Assembly: GCA_040954595.2 (NCBI GenBank)
Contig: CM082598.2
Coordinates: forward strand, 7,765,097-7,829,096
Length of the DNA: 64,000 nucleotides
From: Balanoglossus misakiensis
Taxonomy: Eukaryota > Animalia > Hemichordata
Reading direction: 5' to 3'
This document shows, piece by piece, positions 13,201 through 26,415 of this stretch. The position numbers and the translations under genes were made by a program. The notes under the pieces are model-generated. The model was not told the DNA's origin and made no database searches. It was given only the letters and a program-made list of their open reading frames with translations. The stretch's first letter is position 1. Every line of letters begins with the position of its first letter.

Positions 13201-16025
13201 GACATGGCTTATTTACAACTAAAGTGTTTGATGTAGTGGACATAGTGGCAGGAATTTTTGTTATAATTAACTTATTTTCAGAAAACTACAATCTTAGTTG
13301 TCCATTGCTAGGCTTCCCAAAAGTGTGCCTTTTGCAGTCCCTGCAAAAACATGATTTTTATGACCACTTAACTGTCCCCTGTAAAATTGGTTATATCAGT
13401 AAGTAAATGATCTCTTGATTGTTCTTGCAAAGGGTGATGAACTTGTCAGACTGTATGTGCCGTAGTCTGTAAGCATGCATGTATATATCGGGGGGGGCAT
13501 GGAAAAAACAGGAAATTTAAGGGGGGCCACAGATTTCCTCCACAATTTACTAGGGAGGGGGGCCATGAGAAAAAAATCACCAGAAAAATAAGAAATCCTC
13601 CAGCCCCACCCTGGAAGTAAATTCTGGACAGTCCCTAATAACAAAACTCCGTGACCTCTGCGCGCGATCTCTGCCATACAGAAGTTTTTTGAAAGATGCG
13701 GTGTATTCTGACGTAGTACTTCACGAGCGTTGCGAGTGAAAATACTGCAGAATAATTGAGTGAAAATAACTTCTCTACGGCACAGATCGAGCGCAGAAGT
13801 CATGAAGTCATGTCATATTATTTCAAATGTTTAGAATTATTCAGCCAGTTCCAGTGTTGACGAAAAGGAGCCAATCTTGTCGTGCACTATTCTATTTCTA
13901 CTGCAGATCGCTGTCTTGCATGAATGTTGCATGATTGATAATGATTTGGCTTTTTAGCTGCTCTGTTTCGGCTTTCATGAAAACCACAATCAAGAAGTGG
14001 AGACTGTGCTCTAACTAGTAGAATTCTAATTCCTAACACGTTAAGTCTTTTTGGGAGTGTGGGTACAGATGTAGGGAACAGCGACATGGGTAGTGTGAGG
14101 CGACAGCCAAAAATTGCAGTCGATAGATTATGGAACAGTACTGGAACTTTCTGTAAGAGACCACCACTTTGCAACGTAAACAAAAGTGTCGCGATGCACT
14201 GTGAACTTGTTCTTTTAAAACAAAAATAAAGCAAACACGTCCACCAATTGCAATGATCATTCATTATAATAATGTTTTAGATGTTCAGGATGTTAACTGA
14301 GATTTTCCTTTTGCCAGCCACCATCATAATTTACCTTTACGCACACAAAATATCACCGCTGTAAACAATACTGGTAAAAAGTTTAAGTCTGACGTTCTTT
14401 TCTTCTCTATAAAATACAAGTATAAAATTTATTAGCTGTCTAGTAATGCAAACTATTCATTCTTTTGTGCATATATGTGTTGGAATGTGTCAGCGTCGCG
14501 GGGGAGGGGCATCTCCGGAATTTTGAGATATTAGAAAAACAAAGGAGGGCGATAAAATTCAGAACAAAGGGGGAACTGAAGAGGCTCTCAAATCTATAGA
14601 ATTTGTGAGGTTAGACATGTTTGAAGAATGGCAATTGACACATGACCTGCAATACACGCACTGATAAGAACAGCAGGATAAGACCCACGTTGGCAAACAC
14701 TTTAAGGCAAACATGTACCAGCTGTCATAAAACTGTTGGATATTTTATTGCTATCATAGAGAATGGCGTTCACCTGCATCTGATTACATGTTGGAGTCAG
14801 TGAGACTCCATGTGTACCAGTGTCTAGTGCGTAATTGTTATCAGTATCGCTCAAATTCATTTATACTTATTGTATTAAAACTTAAACGTCTACTATTGTA
14901 ACTATTAGCCAACATCGATGGAATTGTTATTAATATCAGCGCGTTCACACTCACTCATGTACTAAATAAAGAAGTGTAAATGACATCCCTGCCAACTATA
15001 GAAGTCATAAGTTTGACCTTCCATTAATAAGGATTCTGTAACTTTTCCCTAGGTATTGTTGTTTTTGATATTCTGAAAGTTTAGTTTGAACTTTATTGAC
15101 GTGCTGGCTGTTCAGCTTGATATATAGAGGTACATATCAGAAGCAATTTACTTTGGGTCTTAAGATTAAATACTGTTTGTTATATTGGCTTTACGGGTAT
15201 AGACTTTGACAGAAACCACTCAACACACTTAATTTATAACTCAGAATGTTTGTTTAGTCGCTAGCAAAACACTCCACCACAATCAAGTAACAAACAAAAA
15301 CTTTTCAATCAGATCGCGATAAAGTCATGAATTATCGTGAGCTACAGTTTATACTGCTTTTTGGCAAATATTGCCGCAACCATGGCCCCGTTTCTGAGTT
15401 GTCATAAGAGGCTGTGGTATATTTCGCATTTTTAACTATTAATCAGGCAATTCAAGCTTTTGCGAAACGGAACCATTCAGCACATGCGTCTCATAAATGT
15501 ATCGACATGTAAATTCTAAGTGTTACTTTGTCATGCCGATAGGCATTATTTTTTCTACTGCAGATCGCTGACCTGCGTGAGTGTTGGGTGATTGATGGTG
15601 ATTCCCTGCTCCGTTTCGACTTTGGTGTAAATCACAGTCGAGGAGTTTACGTGTGTAAATGCATGTTCGCGTGTCCGCTTATTATCCAGAGACTTCAGTG
15701 GAGTCGCCTAGGTGTGACTGTCATAAGGATACCGCTCGAACAAGTATACAGTAAATCATAACATGTTGAGTAGATTTTGTATTTCAAGGGATATATTTTA
15801 GAAAATTGGCCAATGTAGCCTCTACAGGCAGAATTGTGTGTATATTGGAAAGAAAAAAATCATTCAGACTATATTACAGTTCTGTATTCAAACCCATGTC
15901 CACGATCCTATACATGCAGTGATAGGACAGGCATAAATTTTAGGCCCAGTCACGTCACTGTGTCTACAGCACTTTATATAGCTATGTCAGCCCAGCTGAC
16001 ACATATATTGTGAATGGCTAACGCC
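7230..16025 (+). repeat. Old tandem triplication of a non-coding unit (copies at ~7230-8540, ~9930-14020 and ~14150-16025)
   Basis: Collinear shared blocks, e.g. gagaatggc(c/g)ttca...gagactcca at ~7373/10918/14759, aaccactcaaca, agatc(a/g)cgataaag, and ttctactgcagatcgctg at ~8189/13896/15553. Confidence 0.85.
11842..13635. mobile_element. PIF/Harbinger-type non-autonomous element inserted in copy 2 of the triplication
   Basis: TAA|gggacagtccacaatttacttcc ... ggaagtaaattctggacagtccc|TAA. 23-bp TIR with 2 mismatches and a 3-bp TSD. Confidence 0.85.
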
Positions 16026-18159
16026 ATAACGGCATCATCCCTGTATTCTGACTACTCGTAATGGTAATAAAATAGTAAAAGTACTGAAATGACTGGTACG
16101 TCATGCAGCATTACAATGAACAAATAGTAATAATAAAATAAAAAAGTAAACAAAAAAGGACGACATTTTTAAAATACCAATAAAATTATGAAACTACTAG
16201 AAGGGGTAGCGACTGAGAAAACGGGTAGAAAGACTTGCAAATTAGACTGAGGTGGCGCAGTTCACCAGCACACGTCTTCACCCGAACGCCATTGGATTGG
16301 TAATCTCAACAAGAGTTTTTACCTCATTTCGGAAATAATCAAATTTAACAAAATAAAACAAACATAAGATGTTGTCAAGCATAAAAATGAAAAACGTGAT
16401 AGTTTCATGAAATTTGACAAAGTTGTGGTCATTTCATTTTAACAAATTTCTGCATTTTTATCTGATTGTGTTCTGAACTTCAAATCACTTGACAAGCAAC
16501 AATTATGGAAATGACGAAAACTGCTATAAGAGGTTCATTCATTCATTCATTCGTTCTTTCGTTCGTTTATTTATTTATTTATTTATTTTGGACTGGAGAC
16601 TGCTGTACAAAATTCAACTCAATTGGCCTTAATGTTAAATACATGTACACCATCAAAACTTGTGCACATGTAAAGTCGGATAGAATATTTTGACACATGA
16701 CTTATGGATATCATATGAATAAACTTGCAGCAAGTTATTTGTAATGTCAATGGAACTTGGAAGAAAGAACAGGACGAAGATACTTTAGCCATCACCCAAG
16801 AAATCTTGTCATCTTACTTTAAAATACCACATAACGAAATAGAGAATAATGTATATGTATTACATGAAAAGTTAAACTGTATTTACTAAGAGAACATCTA
16901 CAAGAAAAGTAATTGATGTTAGAAATTAGCAAATGGTTATTTCGAGTATAACACCCAACCGGCCCGGGCGACGATGCATTTCAAGGCTCAGATAGCCATA
17001 GTCTATCGCAACACAGTAAGTGCACGATGGCACTTTTTGACCATCACAATGTCGATATTTCTCTGTCAATTAATGTGCAGTTGCACTATTTGCTAACACA
17101 GAGGTCCCAAAATAGGCGTACATGACTTCAGAGATGCCACTTTATGAAATCTTTATCGAAGCTTCTCCATGCAACTGGAACACATCTTTGTTGGCCTCGT
17201 AACTGTCAGAAATCACTGGTTATGAAACAGACACTATTTGACAAAAGTGCATTTTCAGTCATTAATCTCTGTACTAAAGCTGACACAACTATCTGTAACT
17301 TGTAACTATTTTTGTCAGTATTATTGGTCTGTATGTAAACCATGGTTTCTTGTTCAGCTCCCTATATCAGGATTAGTAGTTATCTTCTCAACTTTGCCAG
17401 CATGTGTATCATCACCATTGTATTTCATTGGTTGACAAGTCCGGAGTCTTAATATTAAGAATGGTCTCCACACGTAAACACGACTTGTTGACTCATAGAC
17501 ATGTTGGGATATTACATGCAGGAGAACAAGAAAATGTGTGATGTAGTTGAAACATAAAACAAAAATTCTGAGAGAATAACCAGATGCAGATAAATGCCTG
17601 TTAATGCATTTATTTAAACCAATTTTAGTAAAAAAAATGAAACAAATAAAACAAGTGTGTTTGAACTATTAGGCTAATATTCATTTATCTCCGAGGTAAG
17701 TGTCATATGTTTATGGCTTCAGTGTGATATTTTGACATCCTGCATCGTATCATGGACAGTGATTTCAACATTGAACTGTTATGTCAGAATGAAAGTCAGG
17801 ATGAAAATTATAGTTAGGAACATTTTTAAAGAAAAACGCATGTATGATCATGAATAGAAGTGAAAGTACAATGAAATGAGTGAGTAAGAATAGAACGCCC
17901 TGTGGGTGTAACAAAGTGAATGTGACCTGTTTCAATAGAAATTTCCCATAGAATGTTTAAATGTCTTTGTCAACGAGGCCAATATCATGAGTTTTAGACT
18001 GCACAACGGATGATGATCTCTGACCATGATGATGATGATGGCGATATTCATCTTTATATTTTCGAGTAACAAACACCAAACATTCAAAAATGAATGTAAA
18101 TAATGAATGCTGAAATATATGTCAAGAACGATCGATCTACTCTGAGTTGGGGAATCATA

Positions 18160-18500
18160 CACAACCAAAGTTCACCAGGTCTGGTGCATGTCTGGTGCAT
18201 GTCTGACCAACAGGTCATGTACAGCGATAAGGCCCCAGACCTGCAGCAGTCTGCTGCATCAGACCTGCAGCAGGTCTGTCCCGTCAGACCTGCACCAGGT
18301 CAGTCCTGCAGACCTGCAGCAGGTCTGTTCTGTCAGACCTGCAGCAGACATGTCAGAACAGACCTGCACCAGACCTGTTCTGTCAGACCGTCACCAGACC
18401 TGTTAGAACAGACCTGCACCAGACCTGTCAGAAGAGACCTGCGCCATAACTGTTAGAACAGACCTGCACCCGACCTGTTCTGTCAAACCTGCTGACAGCA
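18160..18500. repeat. Minisatellite of cagacctgc(a)/caggtctg motifs in both orientations, CACTA/EnSpm-like subterminal repeats
   Basis: Many short AGACCTG/CAGGTCT repeats just after a CAC-starting putative terminus. No partner end was found. Confidence 0.55.
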
Positions 18501-19851
18501 AGGTATGTTTGTGTGTAAATGAATGTATATATTGTGTATACCCGTACAAATTATTTATCCAAAGCATTTTATTAAACAAAAAATCATTGCCCATCACAGC
18601 ACAAAACATCTACATGTAATTGCATTGTCTTAATTGACGGAGTATTTTCAGAGGAAATATATCACTGTACATAGCATTTCCTACATATTTAAATCATCTG
18701 AGAGGAAAAAATAATTTACTCTAAACAATTTATATAAAGATTCATGTTTGTATTCCCCCCCCCCCCCCCCCCCAACCAATCTACAAGCTGTATATTCAAA
18801 CTCTTCTCGAAATAATTTTCTGCAAAGGAATAAATAAAATACAATCTGATAATTTTACGACGATAGTTTTAATTGTCATATCTTCTCGGTGAACAGGGAA
18901 CCATTTGCAAAATGTCACAGACATCCTAGTGGCCTGCTGAGTCTTTGACTCTGACACTGCGGATTAGTTTTCAATAGGAAATCTAAAAAAAATGTTGGCA
19001 CCTGTACAAGTATTATTCGTTACATACTGTCAATGAGAGACATATTCAGAAGAGTCGATAATTCACAAGTCATTTGGAAAATACCTGAGAGTTAAAAAGC
19101 GTACAGAGATACAATTGAAACTTATTACATTTCAGACATTACGAAATGTTGTTCATAAGTAAAAACAAGTTTTTTTATTAATGATGCTAGCACAGAACGT
19201 CAACTGGTAATCTGTCACCTGTGACTCTTGCCATGGAGAATAGCGAGAAAATCTGCCCAAACTATTGTCATTTGAATGAAATTTAACACATAGCTGAGTC
19301 AAATAAAATAAAAATCATCAGTCAACGTATGGTCAATACTCTATTTTGAGGTAAACTTTGCTAAATATTTTAGCCATAGACAAAACCATAGGCGACAATG
19401 TAGATTTGACGTATAAGTTGTTGGTGAAATCAGAGATCCCTATCAAACTCTTTGGCCACAACTACCAAACTTGAGAAGGTAGACACCCCACACATCATCA
19501 CATCAATATGATGATCACCTTGTCCATCGCCAGCGTTTATTGTGTTGACTGCCTTGAAGAATAGAATTTCAGTATCACCTTTGTCACTGGATTTATTCCA
19601 TAATCCTGGACTCCTGTGATGGAACAGAGAACATCTTTTTGTTGTAATAGTACATTTGATTAAGACCTCATTATTCTTTCCATAGTCCATGTCCTTGAAT
19701 AATGTGAATGACACAAATACCAAGAACACATTGTGTAAGTGTAAGAACCACTAGTTGTGATTTGAAATACCTAAATAAAAAAAATCAGGATATATTAAAT
19801 CTGCCTCACCCTCTCCCCTCCCAAACAAAAAAGGGAAGAACTTTGTTCCAG

Positions 19852-21085
19852 TTTTTTAGGTCCCATTGGTATGTACCATGGGACCTTATGGGATCGGTTG
19901 CGTCTGTATGTATGGATGGATGGATGTATGGATGTATGGATGGATGGATGTATGGATGGATGTATGTATGTATGTCCGTCCACATCAAAAACTTGAAAAC
20001 CGCAGCGCGTGTGACCTCGATATTTGATGTGTAGATGCAGGCAGGGCTGTAGATGGGAGTTTGTTCAAATGAAGTTGTCATTGCCAAAAATATGCAAATT
20101 AGCTGGGAAAATGTGAAATTGGTCAAAACTCAAAAACTACTGGTCATATTGATTTGAAAATTAGTATGCATGTACCTTATGTCAACCTCATACAGTCCTG
20201 TATGTTGAGCTAATATTATCGATTTCCTATTTTTTATGCAGTTTTTTGTAATTTTCCATGTTATTGGTAAAAAGTGTTCATTTCTGAAAGTGATGGGCTT
20301 ACTTCTCTTAAATTTAGTATGAAGCTTCCTAATGGTTGTCTGAGTAACCATAGTTTTGTTCAAATTGTTGCACAATTTGCATATTTATAATTTTGAGCAA
20401 TATTTGCCATTTTGGTTTTAAAAAAATTATTTAAAACCGCATGCCAGATTGCTTTGAAATTTGGTAGGCATGTTCGTTCGTAGGGGTAACCTAAGTAATA
20501 TGTTGTAAAAAATGTGATATTTGCATAAATGTGTTATCGGGGAAACTTTTGCAATATTTGTCAAAAATTGTTTTCTCTGAAACCGCTTGTCATATTGTTT
20601 TGAACTTTGGCAGGCATGTTCCTTGTACTGATTGATGTAAGATATTGTACAATTTTGGTGATATTTGCATATTTGTGATTTTGCCACTTTTGAACAAATA
20701 TTTTCTGTAAAACTGCTAGTTGGATTGCTTTGAAATTTGTTTTTTTTTCTCTGATTGCTTTGAAATTAAGGATGTACTTTCATAACACATACGTGTATAT
20801 GTGCAACTTTTATTCAATTCTGATATCAGAAATATTCAATATTTAGCGAGTTTTTGTAAGTTTCTTTGTTTTTGGTTAGCAAATCTTCTCCTAAACCAAT
20901 TGTCCAGTTGTTTTTAAAGTTACTATTTTCAAGGAGTTGTTACCCCGAACTAAAACATGTTTACATAACTTTAATAGGCAAGCTGTTACAGAGAGTTGAA
21001 TTGAAACCCCTCCCTATGTAGACATAAGTATACTTATCTTACCTTTTCAGTATTCTGCTTTCATTTTCAGAAAACCCTGTTTTTG
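19852..21085 (+). mobile_element. Helentron-associated (DINE/HINE-like) interspersed element
   Basis: T-run, then hairpin aggtcccattggt...accatgggacct, a (GGAT/GTAT)n microsatellite and diverged internal repeats. 3' boundary approximate. Confidence 0.6.
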
Positions 21086-21642
21086 TTAACTAAAAACAGG
21101 ATAAAACCATATAAATGATACATCTGTTTGATATGTGACAGAATGTCGATTTATGTTTAGTTGTTGTAAATAACTTATTAATGCCGTATTTTTAAATCCC
21201 AAGGACAAATTACATAAACAATACGATGCATTCCCTTTAAATACCCTGCAGTCAAGCATCAAGGATATGGTAACTGTAACCTCCGACAAATGATTTGCTC
21301 AATATGACCTCGATTAACCTTCTTGAAATATCGTCCAAGATGTGCACATTTTCTCTTCCCATTAAAGTCCAGGTCCTGTCAAAATTTTACATTAATTTAA
21401 ACAGGAATAAACGATGTCATGTCCAAGCATACTATTTTTCCTGGACAAGGACAAACAAATCTTTAAAAATGTGTTTTTAAACAGAAAAAAAAACGTAATT
21501 TTTGGGTGACTTTTGTGGTATGCAGCTGATCGTGAAGTTTCGGACGTCGCGCGTCCCTAATAGGAAAATGACGTCACTAGTGGAACACTAAAGAATATCA
21601 TGATTTGCGTTTTGCATTGAACGCCGTCGTCTACTTCAAAAA

Positions 21643-21895
21643 TTGTGAAATACAGTGTTGTTGGTGGGTGTAGCAACATAAATTTAACGACGGTATATCG
21701 ATGCAGAGCTTTCCCAGTGACCCAGGAGTAGCTTTGAAACGGGTTACAAGGCGTACTGACTGGGTAAAAATGCGAGACAGGTATCATTTGTGGTGCACAC
21801 TTGCGTGCGCCAGATCACTTCGTTTGATACGTACAATGGTAAGCAGGTAATAGGACGAGGCTGGATTTAGTTCCAGGTGCCGTACTCACCTTAAA
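21643..21895 (+). pseudogene. Degenerate THAP zinc-finger domain (transposon relic)
   Basis: Frameshifted translation VKYSVVGGCSN / DGISMQSFPSDP...TDW / IICGAH...LDLVPGAVLTL fits the THAP pattern C-x-x-x-GC...FP...W...C-x-x-HF...AVPT. Confidence 0.7.
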
Positions 21896-23324
21896 ATCAC
21901 ATAACAGTAAATACCAACGATTTATTTTACCCACAAATGCCGCAACCCGCTTCCAAATTCCAAACATGGCCGTGTTTGGAAGCTAGTACTACGACGCGTC
22001 GTCGCATTCAGAAATGTCAGCTATTACGGGTGAACCCTAAACACAAGGTCAACTGCTAGCTGCTCGGAAGTTGTTCGTATTTAGGATACGTATAACAGCA
22101 ACAACAACCGTGCTAAGACATTTTATTAAATTAATTTATTAAAAACACCGATTACATGTATGTGGCTTTTGGTTCTTTGTGTTTTAATTTACCTCCTCCA
22201 TTGGTGTACGCATGGTTTACGCAAGTCGGTTGGTGAAAACGCTCGCTTCCAACAAACACCATTGAGGCCTTGGCTGTGCTATGGATGCGTTCGGTTGCTA
22301 ACGGTGCCGAATCTATGATTTTTAATTTGCCAAGCGTCACTAGATGAAATATTTGCAATATTTACACAACCATTTAATACTGTCTAGATATTTTTGGGTC
22401 TATTTACTTTTCTCTTGCAACGATTTGACTTTCACCACGTCCAACATGTCCATAATACTTCATGGCCATGGGATTGGGCGGTAAATGTTGTCAACATAAA
22501 CAAAAACGGCACGGCACGGCAAGTCACGACGGCACGATACAGTACATATCGCCAACATCCATTAAATTGCTGCTGTATAACTATCAACATTTTGCCGAGT
22601 TATTTCCATTCTAACTAAATATGCACACAATTTTAAATTTTAGCGTGTGTGCACTGTTTGATGTGACTCAATATCGTTCAACTGTGCAGCACTATAGCAC
22701 TTCGAACATAATGACGTGTCGATGTTCTAGAAAATGTGTAATGATATTGGCTAGACATTACGATAGCCTTTAAAAGTTGGTCAATATCACCACCTTCTCT
22801 GTCACTTCTGGCATCACAAGTCATGCAGCCACAGTAATCGGTTTCACCTTCAAAATCGTGAACCACCGTAGGCACCGCGCCGTACGGGCAGACATGTTTA
22901 TTTATGTATTCCACTAGTGACGTCACAGGTGTATGGGGTGAAAACGGCGCGTACTCGGCAATTTCCGGAAAATTCGCGCTGATTTTCTGCACACACTACA
23001 ACTTTTCGGGCGTTTTTTCAAGATTGGCGCAAGATATTTACATCCATATTTGATATTTAATACCAATATATATATTAGTTTGTACTGTAATATTTTATTT
23101 CTCTGTAACAATAATAAAAACAGCGATAACTCGGATACAAATGAGTAATGACAACAAAACGGAGCAAAATGTGACAGGACATGGACTCACTTTTGTACAT
23201 TTTCTTAATACAGCGGGGCCACACCTCCTAAAATAAAGCCATTCGTTAGATCAGAGATGTCTATGTATGGAATGCCTCTGAAGACAAATCTACATAACAA
23301 ACATTATAATATGAGGTCATTAAT

Positions 23325-23409
23325 AAAATACCGCAAAGTATGCACATTAGCGCAGCGCATCGCCCGACGCTCAGGCGCTTTTGTCCTCGGGCATACTTTG
23401 CGGTATTTT
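23325..23409. repeat. Hairpin with a perfect 19-bp stem
   Basis: aaaataccgcaaagtatgc ... gcatactttgcggtatttt. Confidence 0.85.
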
Positions 23410-23414
23410 CGTAA

Positions 23415-23480
23415 AACAGTATAGAAAAGATTTTCCAAATGCCAAAAAGTAGCCATTTTAAAACTTTTATTCAAGGAAAT
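23415..23480 (+). mobile_element. Solo, diverged terminus of the AACAG-TIR element family (see 54731-57331)
   Basis: aacagtatagaaaagattttccaaatgccaaaaagtagcc...ttcaaggaaatta resembles 54731-54800. Confidence 0.7.
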
Positions 23481-23966
23481 TATTACTTTACTTTTAAGGT
23501 GAATTTTATTGTCAATTACCATTTCAAATGATTTAGAATATCATGCATTATTGAGAGAGGATATACGAATTTCGGTGACACTTGAAACACCTGTTTAATC
23601 AAACAAAAAAGTTATTGATTTTTCTATTGGCAGAACAGAGACTGGCCACCCCAGTTAGTCATTGTTTGATTTTTAAAATTTTCACTCTAATTTCTCAATG
23701 TACTTTTCCTTGATAAAAATAAATAAATGTATATGTACTTCATATAATTGTTAGTATCTAAAACAGAACAAGTTATTAAATGGGCAACTTTCGATGATAC
23801 AAATCGTGGAGAATAGTGGTTAAAAATTGTACTGTAAGATCTGACATGTTATTGATCTCACTCATTTCTCTTCCATCCATATCAGGAGACAGTTCCCCAT
23901 CCCCTTCTAGATTCAACAAACCGGAAAAATACTCCTCCCAATTGACCATCTCTATATCACTTTTAA

Positions 23967-24270
23967 GGATGTACGCGCAGAACATAAACCGGAAAACTGC
24001 GCGCACCCATATTCCCATAGGATTACATTCATATTCGCTAAAAATCAAACTTGTACTATTGTCATTTTCACGAAATTTTACGCATAGCTCAGTCAAGTTA
24101 ATATATATTCATTGGTCAAATAAAATATAAGGGTCACCGAGCTCAATTTCGAGATAAATGTCGTAAAAAATGCCCATAGACAATGTGTAAAATGCTGAGT
24201 CAGCAGTTTTTTTTCTATAATCGAAGTCATAGCTCTGTATTTCATAGACAAGCACGGTGAGTTTCTCAGT
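23967..24270 (+). mobile_element. Truncated Kolobok-type MITE (family of 43735-44144)
   Basis: TTAA|ggatgtacgcgcagaacataaaccggaaa is identical to the start of the 43735 copy. Right end is missing. Confidence 0.75.
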
Positions 24271-24706
24271 CTGTTTGTTCATAAACCTGGTATATTTTTC
24301 TTTTCAGAGCTTAGAGTAATCGTTTCTCACTTGTCAGTAATGATCATGATCAGCTGGGCTCAGCGAAGCTCTGAATTTATTCAACCAATAGAATTTGAGC
24401 TTCCTTTTTACAACAGACTCATTATCATACCAATGACCATCTGTGCGTCCACATTGATTGGGCATTCCTGGCGGTTCAAACATATTACATTCTTTTCCCC
24501 GTCTCTTCAAGCACAGCTGTAAGATTATCGACTACGTCGTTTACATGTAAATTAACCAACGATAAAACATGTTGAATTTTGTCTCTGCCATACACTGTTG
24601 AAAATAAATTTCTGAAAGCTGCTCGTTCTTCTTGCTTGCACCTGTACTTTCCAATATTACCTGGCATTCTTGACTCGGACAGGACATGCGGCTGTACAAC
24701 ATTACA

Positions 24707-25063
24707 TTTAAATGGACAAAGTCTCTCTCGCTGCCTTTTTTTCCCCATTAATTATGTTTCATACAATACACAGTTTATGTTATTCTACATGTGTATATGT
24801 AGTGAATGAACGTTCAAGCACAGACAACTTCCATCCCGCTTGTAGATACGAGAGTGAAAAATCACGCCAAAATGAATAATTGGTCTCTACCATCTATTCA
24901 TATTGGGCGAGGTTCTACTCTCTTATCATACAAGCAGGATGGAAGTTGTGTGTGATTGAACTTCCATTCACTACATATTCACATGTACATTAACATAAAC
25001 GGTATCTTGTATCAAACATAATTGATGGAAAAGGGCAGCAAGAGAAAGTCTTTGTCCGTTTAA
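24707..25063. repeat. ~360-bp imperfect palindrome (foldback element)
   Basis: Arms pair throughout, e.g. acaacttccatcccgcttgta / tacaagcaggatggaagttgt and aatggacaaag / ctttgtccgtt. Centre at ~24886. Confidence 0.85.
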
Positions 25064-25624
25064 GATTACATATCAACGGAAAATTGTCAGATCCAAAAAC
25101 TGTTGGGATTTCAAACCGAGTGATATACAGAAACAATCTTGTTGAAATACAACAATAATTCACTGTACTTCTACCTCTGTTTGCTATACAAGTAAAGTTA
25201 CCATCCTCCTCTCCGGGAACTCTCTCATTTAAAAAAATGAACAGAAAGTGTACAACACAATGATTTCAAACTTAGACCGAATTTTTTTAGTTTTATCTTT
25301 TGACTGTCGTGGGATTGTATAGGGAGACTTTCCCTCTCTGAGACCTCTCGCCGCAACAGAAGTAATTTTGCATGTATGCCTTAAGTGGGATATTGTGGTA
25401 TAGGATAACGTTACATCGTACCTGAATTCGATACAATGTGCTGATGGCGTAAACATGCAACGAAACTCGATGCTTTATTCTTCTGTGCGGCACGCGAATT
25501 CTATCAGCCATCTGGTGCGTGCACAGCTCAACTCACATTCGCGTTTGGTATCTTCACTAACAACCATCCACTCCCTTGCAATTGTCACGAGATTTGCTCG
25601 ACATTTCCGCAGTTTACACGTCTC

Positions 25625-25852
25625 CCAAGATATATCTAATGCCAACATCAATAAAAGACTTGGACACACCCCTTTGTCTATATACGGGAATATACAAATT
25701 AGAAGTATTGTATTCCTTTAAATTCAGTACTACATTCTTGGTTTCCGACGATTAAACAAGCATGCTTCTTCCAAAATATATCTAATAAAAACATCAATAA
25801 AAGACTTAGACACACCTTGTTTACCATATATGGGATTATTTAAATTAGAGGT
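25625..25852 (+). repeat. Two-copy ~85-bp direct repeat
   Basis: ccaa(g/a)atatatctaat...aacatcaataaaagactt(g/a)gacacacc occurs at ~25625 and ~25771. Confidence 0.7.
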
Positions 25853-26415
25853 TGATTATTCTTTTACCCCTTTCACCACTATGGTCCAGTCCAAACCGTG
25901 GGAAGGTTGGACTTCTATAGAGGGTTCTGGGCTTGAAAGGGTTAAATTCAACACATGTAGTACTCTAGAGGCAATTGTACATAAAGTCGATCGAAAAAAC
26001 ATGACGCCTATTGTATGATGGAATAATCTTGTGCGCACATGAGAGAAGCGGTTTTAAAGGCGTGGATATACCACTTCACACACGTCACTATATTCGCTCA
26101 ACAATGGAACAACTACATCGATGGCTGTGCTACTTTAGTATTGTATCCGTGGTAATTTTCTCACATACCGAGGTGACAGTGAACGGTATTGTAGACAATT
26201 TTCATGTTTTCCACTTTAATGTATTCCTGATGGTAATCTCAGTATTAGAGTAGCAGTGTTTTACAACTTCATTATCTTGCCATAAACACGTCGTTTCGAG
26301 CAAAGTGACATTGATCACAAATCATAACAGTTTTGAATTCTGTTATTAAATGTCAAAATATACGTTCAATCTATGTACCATCAGTTGCCAACACACTATA
26401 AATACTTGAAGTTAA

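Noticed and set aside
18103-18456. Cys/Gln-rich ORFs
   Set aside because: Translation of a minisatellite.
19430-19729. Possible BEN-domain relic of a CACTA element
   Set aside because: Similarity is only impressionistic and no second terminus was found.
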